From: a virus
Taxonomy: Duplodnaviria; Caudoviricetes
IMG/VR virus record: IMGVR_UViG_3300018063_000005
Span: 1 to 55,864 of that record
Strand: one strand, 5' to 3'
DNA: 55,864 bases
The notes below the pieces were generated by a model that did not search any database, was not told the DNA's origin, and worked only from the letters and a program-made list of their open reading frames with translations. Each line of letters starts with the position of its first letter. Positions within the stretch are counted from its first letter, which is position 1. The translations under genes and the position numbers were made by a program. This document shows, one piece after another, positions 16,643-25,893 of the stretch.

Positions 16643-18780
16643 GGGACGACCGGGAGCCCGAACTGCCCGACGCCCGGGGAGGTGTCAGCGTCGATCGCCT
16701 TGGCGTACACGCGGATCGCCTCGGTGATGGCGCCGAGCCCCGGAGGCAGCGCGTCCGCGTCCGCGGCGAGGACGTGCTGTGGAACGGTCCCAACCACGGG
16801 AGGGACGTCGCTGGTTGAGAACACGACGCCGAGACGGCCGGCGCCGCCGTCAGGCGTGCACACGGTCACCCGCGTTCGGTTCTCGAGCGGGGCCGGATCC
16901 AGGCGGCGGTACTCCGTCGTGACGCAGGCCACCGTGGTCGGTGCGCTCGCGGTGCTAGCAGGCATCGGGTCCTCCTCCTCCTCGTCGAGATCGCCCCACC
17001 ACTGGATCGTCCCCACCTGCACGCCCTCGAACAGCAGCGGCGCGCTGCCGCCGTTCCGGGAAGCCGCATCGGCGATGAGGCGGAACGAGCCGCCGGCGGC
17101 ATCCAGGGCCCAAGCGGCAGGCAGGTCCGCGTCAACCAGCGGACCGGGAGCGGGGACTCCGACCACGGCCATGGATGCGACGACGACGTCGGAGTACGTC
17201 TCCTCGGCCGAGACGGCGCCGGCGTGAACGACGACCTTCACTTGCTGTGGCGGGCCGCCTGACGAGGCGGTCGTAGCGATCCTCGCGGGCGGGCCGCGGT
17301 AGATGAGCGACTCCCCGACCCAGAGCTCGACCGCATCCACCTCGTCCCCGCTTGCGTAGCCCGTGAGGTCGATCGAGATCGGGCCGTCGAGCGTGGTCGT
17401 CGCGACGCCACCGGAGACAGAGATCAGCGACCACGGCCCCTCGGTGATCGGGAGCCACGCGCTCGTCGGCTCGTCCCAGACGCTCGGCAACGATGCGTAG
17501 GGGGGCGCCTTCCAGAACCCCGCGCACGGGAACACGGTCTGCCCGGCTCTCGCCGGGAAGCGACTCGCCAGGACCGCCGGGGAGAGTGTCGCCAGTGCTT
17601 TCGTGACGGCCTTTGCCGCGTTCACCATCCCGGCGTTTGGGAACCGCGCCGCGAACGTCGGATCGAACGATTCGTCCGCGGTGTCGAGAAGGAGCGCTCG
17701 CACCTGCGCGTTGGTCAGGGCCGGATTGACGGAGAGCACCAGCGACGCCACCGCCGCGGTGATAGGGGACGAGAACGACGTGCCCGTGGCGTAGTGGTAG
17801 ACCGGCTCGTTGAGGGGCCCGAGCGAGGGCGCGAGGCAGTAGGTCCCCGGGGCGCAGAGTTCGACCAAGGGACCGTAGTTAGAGGCGGGGCGCGGGGAGT
17901 CGTTGTGCTGTGTGTTGCCCACCGTGACCTGGGTCGCCTCACCGCTCTCCTGCAGGAAGAACCTGGGGTTGGTCGCGGTGTCCAGGACCACCCCGTTGTT
18001 TCCGGCAGCCAGGAAGACGAGTGCCCCGTGGTCCCATGCGTACTGGAGGGCGGCCTCCGTGTCGGTGTGGGGCCCGGGGTTGTTGTCCGCGAACGCGAGG
18101 CTGGCGTTGATCACCCGTGCGCCCGCGTCGGTCGCCCAGACGAACGCTTCGAGGGCGTCGACGAGGTTATCGCCGACCTCACCGCCGGTCCCGTCGTCCG
18201 GCGCGTACTCGGACACCATCACCACCGGGCAACCAGGCGCGACGCCCGCGACGCCGATGCCGTTGTTCCGCCGGCCCGCCATGTACGACTGAACCCACAG
18301 TCCGTGGGAGTATTTGAGGTTCGTCCCAGGGAACACGTACTGGTCGGGGTTCTGCGGGTCGGGGAGATCCTGGCCCGTGCTGTAGCCATTCCCCGCGGCG
18401 ATCGGGTCGACGTCCGGGTGCGCGTCGTACCCGCAGTCGATGACCGCCTGTTTGATCTCGGGCGATCCCGTAGTGATCTTGTGGGCCTGGAACGCGCCGA
18501 CGCGCTTGAGATGCCAGCACTCGTCGAGAAGCGCGTCGTTCGACGCAACGAGGTGCTCCGCCGACCTCTCCAGTCGCACGTTCCGATAGGCGTGCTCGAT
18601 CTCGGGGTGAGCGTTCGCGGCGGCCAGGACGGCGTCCGCCCGATCGTCGGACGAAAGCGCCACGGCGATCCGGAGCTGCGGGATCACCTTGTCGGGGAGG
18701 CGCTCCGCCCCGCACGCCAAGAGGATCTCGGGCAGGCGCCCGGGCTCCCACGCCCGCAGCCTGACGACGATCCGCGTCAC
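16639..18780 (-). CDS. S8 subtilisin-family serine protease with prodomain and C-terminal beta domains
   Basis: triad AVIDCG / SHGLWV / GTSFSSP; AAGNN oxyanion motif; NNGIGVAGVAP. Confidence 0.92.
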   Translation of the reverse strand: MTRIVVRLRAWEPGRLPEILLACGAERLPDKVIPQLRIAVALSSDDRADAVLAAANAHPEIEHAYRNVRLERSAEHLVASNDALLDECWHLKRVGAFQAHKITTGSPEIKQAVIDCGYDAHPDVDPIAAGNGYSTGQDLPDPQNPDQYVFPGTNLKYSHGLWVQSYMAGRRNNGIGVAGVAPGCPVVMVSEYAPDDGTGGEVGDNLVDALEAFVWATDAGARVINASLAFADNNPGPHTDTEAALQYAWDHGALVFLAAGNNGVVLDTATNPRFFLQESGEATQVTVGNTQHNDSPRPASNYGPLVELCAPGTYCLAPSLGPLNEPVYHYATGTSFSSPITAAVASLVLSVNPALTNAQVRALLLDTADESFDPTFAARFPNAGMVNAAKAVTKALATLSPAVLASRFPARAGQTVFPCAGFWKAPPYASLPSVWDEPTSAWLPITEGPWSLISVSGGVATTTLDGPISIDLTGYASGDEVDAVELWVGESLIYRGPPARIATTASSGGPPQQVKVVVHAGAVSAEETYSDVVVASMAVVGVPAPGPLVDADLPAAWALDAAGGSFRLIADAASRNGGSAPLLFEGVQVGTIQWWGDLDEEEEDPMPASTASAPTTVACVTTEYRRLDPAPLENRTRVTVCTPDGGAGRLGVVFSTSDVPPVVGTVPQHVLAADADALPPGLGAITEAIRVYAKAIDADTSPGVGQFGLPVVP

Positions 18781-20078
18781 GCCGAGACCCCGTTGATCGT
18801 GACGTCATCGATCGTGACGACGTACTCGAGCAAGAGATCCTCTCCATCGACACCGTCCACCACAAAGATCGAGATCGCAACGGGACCCGCCGAGGCGCCG
18901 CCGGGCGGGTTTAGCGTGAGCGTGTGCTCGGCGCCGTCCACGATCAGATTCGCGCCGACGCCGGAGACCCCAGCGTTCGCGATAACCGAGATTCCGTCGC
19001 CGTAGGCGCCGCCGCCCGGCGTCGACGTGCCCGGGAAAACTTGTGTCGCCTTGTACTTGAAGGCGACCGAGGTGATCCCGGAGCGCAGCGAGGTGACCGT
19101 CTTCGACGCGCTGAGGCCCGAGGACGTGCCCGCCCCGGCCACTCGCAGGGAGTAAGCCCCTGCGATGGGCCCGACGGCAGAGCGCGCCAGCGCACCGCCC
19201 AGCGTCCAACCATCGAGCCCGGCCTCGAAGTCGGAGACGATCGAGGCTCCGCCGCCACCGCCCACCGCGCCGAGGCCTTGCGCCGCGACGGGCGAGCTCG
19301 CCGGACCCGCGCCAGACGCTGCCGCGCCGACCGCGCCCAGCACCCCGGGCACCACCGGCGCCGAGATCGGGCCCGCCTCTCCGCTCGCGCCCCCGGGAGG
19401 CGCGCCGATCGTGACCGCCGGCGCCTGCGCGGTCACCGGAGCTGCCGCAGGGCCGACCCCGCCCGCTGCCCCGCCGCTGCCGGTGAGGCCCGGGAGGATG
19501 ACCGGCGACGCCGCGGGGCCGACGCCCGCGCTCGCGCCGACCGGCGAGCCGCCCGAGAGGAGCTGCCACGCCGCGCCGTCCGAGTAGTAGAGCGCGCCCG
19601 CCACGATCGCGAGGTCCGCGGGGCCACCGCGCGTCCACGCGTCCGCGGTCGCCGGGTGCGACCCCTGCAGCGCGGCGAGCGAGCCGTACATGAGCGGGCG
19701 TGCGTACTCCCGCAGCCGCTCCATCCACAGCCGGTGATAGACCGAGCCGCCGCGGTAGTAGTCCACCGAGGGGTTCTGCCCGGCGTCGCTCGAGTGGAAC
19801 TCCAGCACCGGCAGCCACTCCGTCGCCCCGCCGATGATCGCGGTCCACACCCGGAACTGGCCCGCTGCGGGTGCGCCATCCACGCGCGTGCGCGGGGCTC
19901 CGCCGATCGTCACGACCATCGGCGTCGCCGGCTGCGTAGGGTCGGCTGGCGCCTCGGTCAGCGACGCGACGAACGCACCCGAGATCGCGTCCCCCTCGAT
20001 GCTGTCGAGCAGCTCGGGGACCTGCGTGCGGACGTAGACGGCCCGGTAGTCCACCGGGCGCGGGAGGCGTCGGGCCAT
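18777..20078 (-). CDS. putative tail fibre/appendage protein with Gly-Ala-Pro repeats and carbohydrate-binding-like C-terminus
   Basis: four G-x-A-x-G-x-G-P-x-x-x-P-V repeats; SDFEAGLDGWT start of C-terminal domain. Confidence 0.55.
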   Translation of the reverse strand: MARRLPRPVDYRAVYVRTQVPELLDSIEGDAISGAFVASLTEAPADPTQPATPMVVTIGGAPRTRVDGAPAAGQFRVWTAIIGGATEWLPVLEFHSSDAGQNPSVDYYRGGSVYHRLWMERLREYARPLMYGSLAALQGSHPATADAWTRGGPADLAIVAGALYYSDGAAWQLLSGGSPVGASAGVGPAASPVILPGLTGSGGAAGGVGPAAAPVTAQAPAVTIGAPPGGASGEAGPISAPVVPGVLGAVGAAASGAGPASSPVAAQGLGAVGGGGGASIVSDFEAGLDGWTLGGALARSAVGPIAGAYSLRVAGAGTSSGLSASKTVTSLRSGITSVAFKYKATQVFPGTSTPGGGAYGDGISVIANAGVSGVGANLIVDGAEHTLTLNPPGGASAGPVAISIFVVDGVDGEDLLLEYVVTIDDVTINGVSA

Positions 20079-20102
20079 GGAGGGTCACCCCGCGGGCGAG
20101 AG

Positions 20103-20142
20103 GAAAAAGATGGCGCGCCCAGGGGGAGCCCCCGCGCGCGCC
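20103..20142 (-). terminator. Rho-independent terminator
   Basis: minus strand GGCGCGC..GGGGG-CT-CCCCC..GCGCGCC hairpin followed by ATCTTTTT just after the stop at 20147. Confidence 0.65.
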
Positions 20143-20146
20143 CCGG

Positions 20147-20785
20147 TCAGACCTCGCGCTGCAGGTTCATGCGCACCACGGCGTAGACGAGCGCGAGCGC
20201 GACACCGAGGAGCAGCACCGAGGCCAGCATCGGCGCGCTCACAGGCAGCGGCCCGGCGGTGGTCATCGTCACGAGCCCCAGGCCGCTCGCGGGGATCGTC
20301 ACGTCGAACGAACCGCCGCTCGCCGTCTTCGTCGAGCCGAACGAGAACGAGGCCGCGACCACGTCAGTCCCCTCGAGCGTGCCGTTCGCGCCGAGGTCGA
20401 CCAGCGCCGCGCCGTCGGAGCTGAACGTCGCCGCCGGCCAGGAGACGTTGTCGAAGTCGCAGTAGGCGGTGCCCGAGCTCACCCCGGTCGTGCGGTTCGT
20501 GAGCGACGCGCCGCCGGTCGTGTAGCCGTTGCCGTTCGCGACCTCGTCCGACCCGATCGCCGAGTAGGTCGTGGTGCTCGCGCCGTACGTGCCCGTGTGG
20601 CCGCCGCGGATCAGCACCAGGCGGTACGTCCGGCCGGCGATGCAGATGGCGTCGATCGCCGCCTGCTTCGCGGTGTTGCTCACCGCGGTGGTGATGGCCG
20701 CCTGCGAGGCGACCGGGACGAGGAAGACCAGCGCCGCCACGAGGGCGAGGCAGGCCGAGAAGCTGCGGAGGATGCGGGGGGTCAT
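20147..20785 (-). CDS. virion-type beta protein with Sec signal peptide and C-terminal transmembrane anchor
   Basis: MTPRILRSFSACLALVAALVFLVPVASQA-AITTAVSN...EVANGNGYTTGGASL...DFDNVSW...FGSTKTASGGSF; C-terminal MLASVLLLGVALALVYAVVR. Confidence 0.7.
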   Translation of the reverse strand: MTPRILRSFSACLALVAALVFLVPVASQAAITTAVSNTAKQAAIDAICIAGRTYRLVLIRGGHTGTYGASTTTYSAIGSDEVANGNGYTTGGASLTNRTTGVSSGTAYCDFDNVSWPAATFSSDGAALVDLGANGTLEGTDVVAASFSFGSTKTASGGSFDVTIPASGLGLVTMTTAGPLPVSAPMLASVLLLGVALALVYAVVRMNLQREV

Positions 20786-20796
20786 GCGGGGCTCCT

Positions 20797-20979
20797 TCAC
20801 TTCGTGCGGGCGCCGAGCTGGCCGGCGACGGGGGTGGTGTGGATGCGCTCGATCTCGACGCTGACCGAGTCGCGGATGCCGCAGATCGACACGGCACCGA
20901 GCGCGACCGCCGCGATGATGCCGGCGGCGGAGAGCGCGAGCTTGCGCGGCTTCGTGATCGTGACCTTCACCTTCTCCAT
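20797..20979 (-). CDS. small single-pass membrane protein
   Basis: GAGGAGGAG RBS; basic N-terminus plus hydrophobic helix. Confidence 0.55.
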   Translation of the reverse strand: MEKVKVTITKPRKLALSAAGIIAAVALGAVSICGIRDSVSVEIERIHTTPVAGQLGARTK

Positions 20980-21014
20980 GTGCTCCTCCTCGGGGTTCAA
21001 GACTGCGAGTGCTG

Positions 21015-21473
21015 CTACATCGAGGTCCGTCCGACGGGAGTGGCGGGCGGCACGGGGGCCGGCGGGAGCGGCTCCGACGGTGCGTCGCGCACCACTTCGA
21101 GATCGTGGTCCTCGCTCTCCGCGACCAGGAGGCGGACGTCGTAGAGCTGGACGATGCAGCCCTCGCTTCCGGCACCAGGCCTGCGCCGCGAGTCCCCGTG
21201 CAGGAGGAAGCCGCTGCGCTCGAAGGTGTTGGTCCCCGGCTTCGGGATGAGCCGCATCACGAGCTCGCCCTTCGTCGGGTGGGTGAAGGCCGGGCCGATC
21301 ACGTAGAGCCCCACCGGGATCGGGCCGACGTGGCGGCGCTCCTGCTCGTCGGGATCGTTCTTTCCCTCGCCCGGCTCCGGCACGCCGTCGCCGTCGTCCC
21401 ACCCCGAGTAGCCGCGGCCGACGAGGACGCTGTCGCGGAGCAGCTCGCCGGTGCGCTGCCGGTACGTCCACAT
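21015..21473 (-). CDS. Tlde1/DUF2778 (L,D-transpeptidase fold) peptidoglycan enzyme, candidate endolysin
   Basis: GYSG...GPIPVGLY...RSGFLLHGD...SEGCIV with catalytic His/Cys. Confidence 0.85.
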   Translation of the reverse strand: MWTYRQRTGELLRDSVLVGRGYSGWDDGDGVPEPGEGKNDPDEQERRHVGPIPVGLYVIGPAFTHPTKGELVMRLIPKPGTNTFERSGFLLHGDSRRRPGAGSEGCIVQLYDVRLLVAESEDHDLEVVRDAPSEPLPPAPVPPATPVGRTSM

Positions 21474-21492
21474 GGCCTGTCCTCCGGGTGAC

Positions 21493-22863
21493 CTACGGGG
21501 CGGCCGGGAACCGCTCCTCGACGAGGTTGCCCGCGGGCAGCTCGCTGCCGGAGAGCTCGGTGTCGGTCGTCGAGATGCTGCTCCGCGTCCACAGCGGCAC
21601 ACCGCCGGACACGTCCGGTCGGTGGACGAGGACTTCGCGCGCGACGCTCGCCGGAGCCGACGAGAGCAGGTAAGGCTGCCCGACGAAGCTGTAGCCGTAC
21701 CCCGCCGTGCGCGCGACGAGCCAGCGCCGCCGGTTCGCCCAGAGCCAGATCATCCCCTTCACCAGGTCGGCGCGCTGCGACGCATAGACGATGGACTCGC
21801 GGGCGTCGAGCTGCGCGTCGGCCGCGGCGAAGGAGGGGAATGTCGCGGGCACCGTCTGACCACCCGGCAGGGCGGGAACGAGGCCGTCCTCAAGGATGTG
21901 GAGGGTGTCGAACCCGAGGATGGTCGGCGCGGCGTCCGCCACGGTCCTCACCAGGCGCACCTCGAGCTCGTGCTCGACGCCGAGCGTGCTCCCGGCCAGC
22001 GCGTGGTCCCCCCACCCCGCACCCTTGTCCCACCGGAACCACAGGGCGCCGTCGAGGTAGAGGTCGAGCTGGTCGCCGGCGAGCGGGAGCGTCCCGCCGA
22101 TGCGGACCTTCGTTCGCGGCCCGCCCCAGCCCGAGGAGAGGAACTTGAACCGCCCGACCGACTTCGTGCCCGTGTTGCCGGCTCCGGGCACGTAGTTGCT
22201 CGGCAGCCACCAGGCGGAGAGGAACTGCCGCGGCCGCCGCGCCGCAAACGCGTTCATGTGGTCGATCAGCCAGCGGTACAGGTACGTGGCGTCGGGCCGC
22301 CCGTCGGCCGCCCACGTCTGCGAGATCCAGAAGGGCGTCGCGCCGGCCTGGATCGTCACGTCGTCCCGCACGCCCTCCGCCGGCCTCCACCAGCCCGCGG
22401 CGCCGTCGAGGTTGCACGTGCCGCCTGTCGCGGTCCCTCGGATCTGCAGCACCGCGGGCCCCGTCGTCCGCACCGTGAGGGAGACCCAGCCGGTGAAGGC
22501 GGTGCTCGAGACGGTGGCGAGCCCTCCGCCGCCGGCGATCGCCGCGACCTTCAGGGTGAGCGTGCAGCCCGCGGGCGCGCGCACGTAGAACCGGAGCTCG
22601 ACGGTCTGCGAGAGGCCGAGCGACTCGGGCACGTAGATGGTGCCCATCACCTGCTCGCCGTCCGCGGGCGCGACCCAGTTTTCCACCTGCTCGGCGGTGC
22701 CGCCCGTGTAGAGCCCGTCGTCGGGCTGGCCGGGGACGAACGCGCAGTCGCGCGCGTAGGTGAACTGCTCCCACGCGATGAGGCGCCGGATCGTGTCGCG
22801 CAGGTCGGCGCCGCCGCTGTAGGCGTCGCGGTCGGTGAGGAGCGGGCGGGCGGCGGGGATCAC
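21493..22863 (-). CDS. minor tail protein
   Basis: GTG coupled to upstream stop; beta-rich; tail-tip position. Confidence 0.6.
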   Translation of the reverse strand: MIPAARPLLTDRDAYSGGADLRDTIRRLIAWEQFTYARDCAFVPGQPDDGLYTGGTAEQVENWVAPADGEQVMGTIYVPESLGLSQTVELRFYVRAPAGCTLTLKVAAIAGGGGLATVSSTAFTGWVSLTVRTTGPAVLQIRGTATGGTCNLDGAAGWWRPAEGVRDDVTIQAGATPFWISQTWAADGRPDATYLYRWLIDHMNAFAARRPRQFLSAWWLPSNYVPGAGNTGTKSVGRFKFLSSGWGGPRTKVRIGGTLPLAGDQLDLYLDGALWFRWDKGAGWGDHALAGSTLGVEHELEVRLVRTVADAAPTILGFDTLHILEDGLVPALPGGQTVPATFPSFAAADAQLDARESIVYASQRADLVKGMIWLWANRRRWLVARTAGYGYSFVGQPYLLSSAPASVAREVLVHRPDVSGGVPLWTRSSISTTDTELSGSELPAGNLVEERFPAAP

Positions 22864-25151
22864 GAGACGTGCTCCGAGGGCTCGCCGCCGGCGACGGTGC
22901 CGCCGGCCCCGGCCAGGAAGGCGTGGAGCTCGCGCTGCCGCTCGATGACGTCGGCCGCGTCGCCGGGCATCACCACGTCGCCGGCGACCACGCCCGTGCC
23001 TCCCGAACTCGCGACCAGGTCCAGCCGGTTCGCGGGCACGTTCGGGGTGGCGGTGAACGTGCCGCGCTTCGTCAGCAGGTCCGCGGTCCAGATCGCGACC
23101 ACGTCGCCGGCGAGGAAGTGGTCCACGTCGTGCCCGCTGCCGGAGAACATCGACGGGTGCACCAGCGTGACCGACGTCGCCGGCGAGCCCGTGACCGTCG
23201 CCACGATCCCGCTCGGCGCCTTGAAGCGCCCGCGCGTCGTGTACGGGGTCTGCGCGACGGAGAGCGTCACCGTGCACCGGTCGTCGTCGATCGTCTTCCG
23301 GAGCACCTCGAAGATCTCGCCTGTGAGACCGCGCGCGCCGGTCGCGACGTTCGGGAGGTGGGGCAGCTCGAGCCGCACAAGCTCGCCCTCCTGGACGTCC
23401 AGGTCGTCGTAGAGGCACTCGACCCCGAACACCGGGAGCTGCTGCCCGACGCGCTCGCGGAGGACCTCGCCGAGCCGGCGCGCGACCATGTCGGCGTCGG
23501 TGGAGAGGCCGGCCCCGTAGGATCCCCCGCTCGCGCTCCCGCTCCACTGCCCGCTGGTCTCGAACGCCTGGTCGCGCCACGCACCCGCGTAGAGCTCCTG
23601 CGTCTCGGTGAACTCGAAGCGGTACCGCTGGCGGTAAGGCCCGCGTTCGCCGCTGTCGAGCCCGGGGTCGTAGTCGCAATCGAAGAGCACCCGGCCGACG
23701 ATGTCGTCGACGTAGCTCTCCCACGTGGCGACGGCGGCGATCCGCTGGACGTCGAGCGTCCGGACCACGAGGCCCGGGATCGGGGCCGACATGCGGCGGA
23801 TCGTGAGCCGGCCGTCGAGCAGGTGGACGGGGTAGCAGGCGAAGAGGCGGAGCGTCCGCGCGACCCACTCGATGAACGACGCGGGCTCCTCGAGCAGCTC
23901 CTGGTGCCGGACGGAGGGGAGCCAGAGGTCGCGCAGCGCCTCGATCCCCGCCACGTCGACCCGTTCCTGCCCGGCGCCCAGGCCGAACCCCTCCGGCAGC
24001 GTGTCGTAGACGCTGTTCGAGGCGTCGCCCGTCCTCGAGAGCAGGAGCTGCAGGAAGAGGTCGAGCGGGTGATCCCCCTTCGAGAAGTGCGACCCGACGG
24101 CCACGGGGAAGCCCGATGCGCTCTTCCCGATCAGCGCGAGGACCTCGACCACGTCGTCGCCGGCGTGATGCTGGTCCTGCAGCGTGTTCATCTGCCCCCG
24201 GCCGTCCACCGTAGACGATCCGTCGAAGACGATCGTGTCGGCCGCCGTCGCGTGTCCGGACACGAGCTCGTCGCCGATGCGCACGAGGATCGCCTCGCCC
24301 ACCACGAGCGGCGCCGTCAGGCTCGCGGCCTCGATGACGAGGCGGTCGGTGCTGGCGGCGGGCTCGCCCTCGTTCCCGTCGAAGCCGCCGGCGGAGTCGA
24401 CGAGGCCCACGGCGAGGCGGCCCTTCCTCTGGGTGCCGAAGACGCGCCGCTTCAGCTCCGACCCGATCGACTCCATCGTGAGGCGGACGGCGAGGGCATC
24501 GTCGGTGGGGTCGATCCCGACGATGGTCCCAGCCCAACGGATGAAGCCTCCCGCGTCGGTGCCGTCGAAGGTGACGCGGAGCTCGGCGCGGCGCGTCTTT
24601 ACGGCGCGCGGGTAGGGCGTCACGGCATCGCCGGCGGTGTGGGGCAGCGCGGCGGGCGTGCCGAGCATCGCATACGCGCCGCGGGTGAGCCCCGAGAACG
24701 TGCCGCCGGCGAGCGCGGTGTAGCTCGCGGTCTCGCGGCCGACGAAGAGGTCCCCCCCGCCCGCCTCGAAGCCGGCGGCCGAGCCGGTGACACCCAGGGA
24801 CGCCGGGGCGGCGGTGATGTCGGCGGCGAGCCGCGCGGTGCCCGGGCGCGTGGTCCCGAGCAGGAGGAGGGCGCTCCCGTCGTCGTCGTCGAGGACCTCC
24901 GCGGTGAGCTGCCCGATCGAGGAGGTCCCGTCGAGAGGCCGGGCCTCCTGCTCGACGCCGGCGGGGATGGCCATGAGGAGCGGCAGGATCCCGCGGCGCC
25001 GCTCGGCCGCGGGACGGGCCGCGAAGAACGATGCGTCGGCGGCGAACGTCCCGTAGGCGTAGGGCATCCCCTCCACCTCGAGCCAGAACAGTGGGCGCAC
25101 CTCGGCCCGGGCCAGCGCGATCGCGGCGCTGGCGGGGAGGCTCGCGGGCAT
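22860..25151 (-). CDS. tail tip / baseplate hub-like protein
   Basis: 763 aa, second gene after tape measure; LDVQEGELVRLE...FEVLRKTID C-terminal pattern. Confidence 0.65.
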   Translation of the reverse strand: MPASLPASAAIALARAEVRPLFWLEVEGMPYAYGTFAADASFFAARPAAERRRGILPLLMAIPAGVEQEARPLDGTSSIGQLTAEVLDDDDGSALLLLGTTRPGTARLAADITAAPASLGVTGSAAGFEAGGGDLFVGRETASYTALAGGTFSGLTRGAYAMLGTPAALPHTAGDAVTPYPRAVKTRRAELRVTFDGTDAGGFIRWAGTIVGIDPTDDALAVRLTMESIGSELKRRVFGTQRKGRLAVGLVDSAGGFDGNEGEPAASTDRLVIEAASLTAPLVVGEAILVRIGDELVSGHATAADTIVFDGSSTVDGRGQMNTLQDQHHAGDDVVEVLALIGKSASGFPVAVGSHFSKGDHPLDLFLQLLLSRTGDASNSVYDTLPEGFGLGAGQERVDVAGIEALRDLWLPSVRHQELLEEPASFIEWVARTLRLFACYPVHLLDGRLTIRRMSAPIPGLVVRTLDVQRIAAVATWESYVDDIVGRVLFDCDYDPGLDSGERGPYRQRYRFEFTETQELYAGAWRDQAFETSGQWSGSASGGSYGAGLSTDADMVARRLGEVLRERVGQQLPVFGVECLYDDLDVQEGELVRLELPHLPNVATGARGLTGEIFEVLRKTIDDDRCTVTLSVAQTPYTTRGRFKAPSGIVATVTGSPATSVTLVHPSMFSGSGHDVDHFLAGDVVAIWTADLLTKRGTFTATPNVPANRLDLVASSGGTGVVAGDVVMPGDAADVIERQRELHAFLAGAGGTVAGGEPSEHVS

Positions 25152-25157
25152 CTCGGG

Positions 25158-25892
25158 TCACCCCACCTTCAGCAGCTTCAGGTCGACGCTGTAGAGCGCG
25201 AGCCCGCGCGAGACGCGCCGGCGCGGGAGCTCCTTGGCCGTCTCGAGGTCGAACGTGTAGACCCCCGCCGACGTGACGCCGTCCGGGTAGTAGCGGAACG
25301 TGCCCCACTCGTCGAAGAGCCGCTCGAGCGACTCGCCGGAGATGACCTCGTCCGCCTTGAAGACGAAGCGCCCGGGGAGGAGCTCGAAGCTGATCCGCCG
25401 CTCGTACCGCGTCGCGAACGTGAGGCCCTTCACGTTGCCGGCGAGCGAGCGTCGCTGCCGGCGCTCGTAGACGGGCAGGTCGCGCGTGTCGTCCGCGACG
25501 GGCTCCGGGGGGTACCACCCGCTGTCGTGCAGGTTCGGCGCCGTGGTGGGCGTCTGGCCGAAGACCGCCTCGTCCGTCAAGCCGTTGCCGGCTACGAAGC
25601 CCAGGCGCACCCAGTGCGAACCGGCGCGCGGGCGGATGTACATCGTCCGCCCGACGGCGCACGTGAACACGAAGCGCCCGTCCTCAGCGATCACCACCGT
25701 GATGCCCGCCAGCCCCTCCATCGCGCTGAGCGCGTCGTCGACAGCCGTGCACCACGCCTCGGGCGTGTCGTACGTTCCTGGCGCGATCGTCGCCGTCCGA
25801 TCCGGCTCCTGGTCGAACGTGAAGAGCATCTCGTCACGGTCGCCCGGGACTACGGTGACGGGGCGGAAGATCTTCGGGATCGGGAGAGCCAT
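25158..25892 (-). CDS. distal tail-like protein
   Basis: directly follows tape measure; synteny and size. Confidence 0.55.
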   Translation of the reverse strand: MALPIPKIFRPVTVVPGDRDEMLFTFDQEPDRTATIAPGTYDTPEAWCTAVDDALSAMEGLAGITVVIAEDGRFVFTCAVGRTMYIRPRAGSHWVRLGFVAGNGLTDEAVFGQTPTTAPNLHDSGWYPPEPVADDTRDLPVYERRQRRSLAGNVKGLTFATRYERRISFELLPGRFVFKADEVISGESLERLFDEWGTFRYYPDGVTSAGVYTFDLETAKELPRRRVSRGLALYSVDLKLLKVG

Positions 25893-25893
25893 C

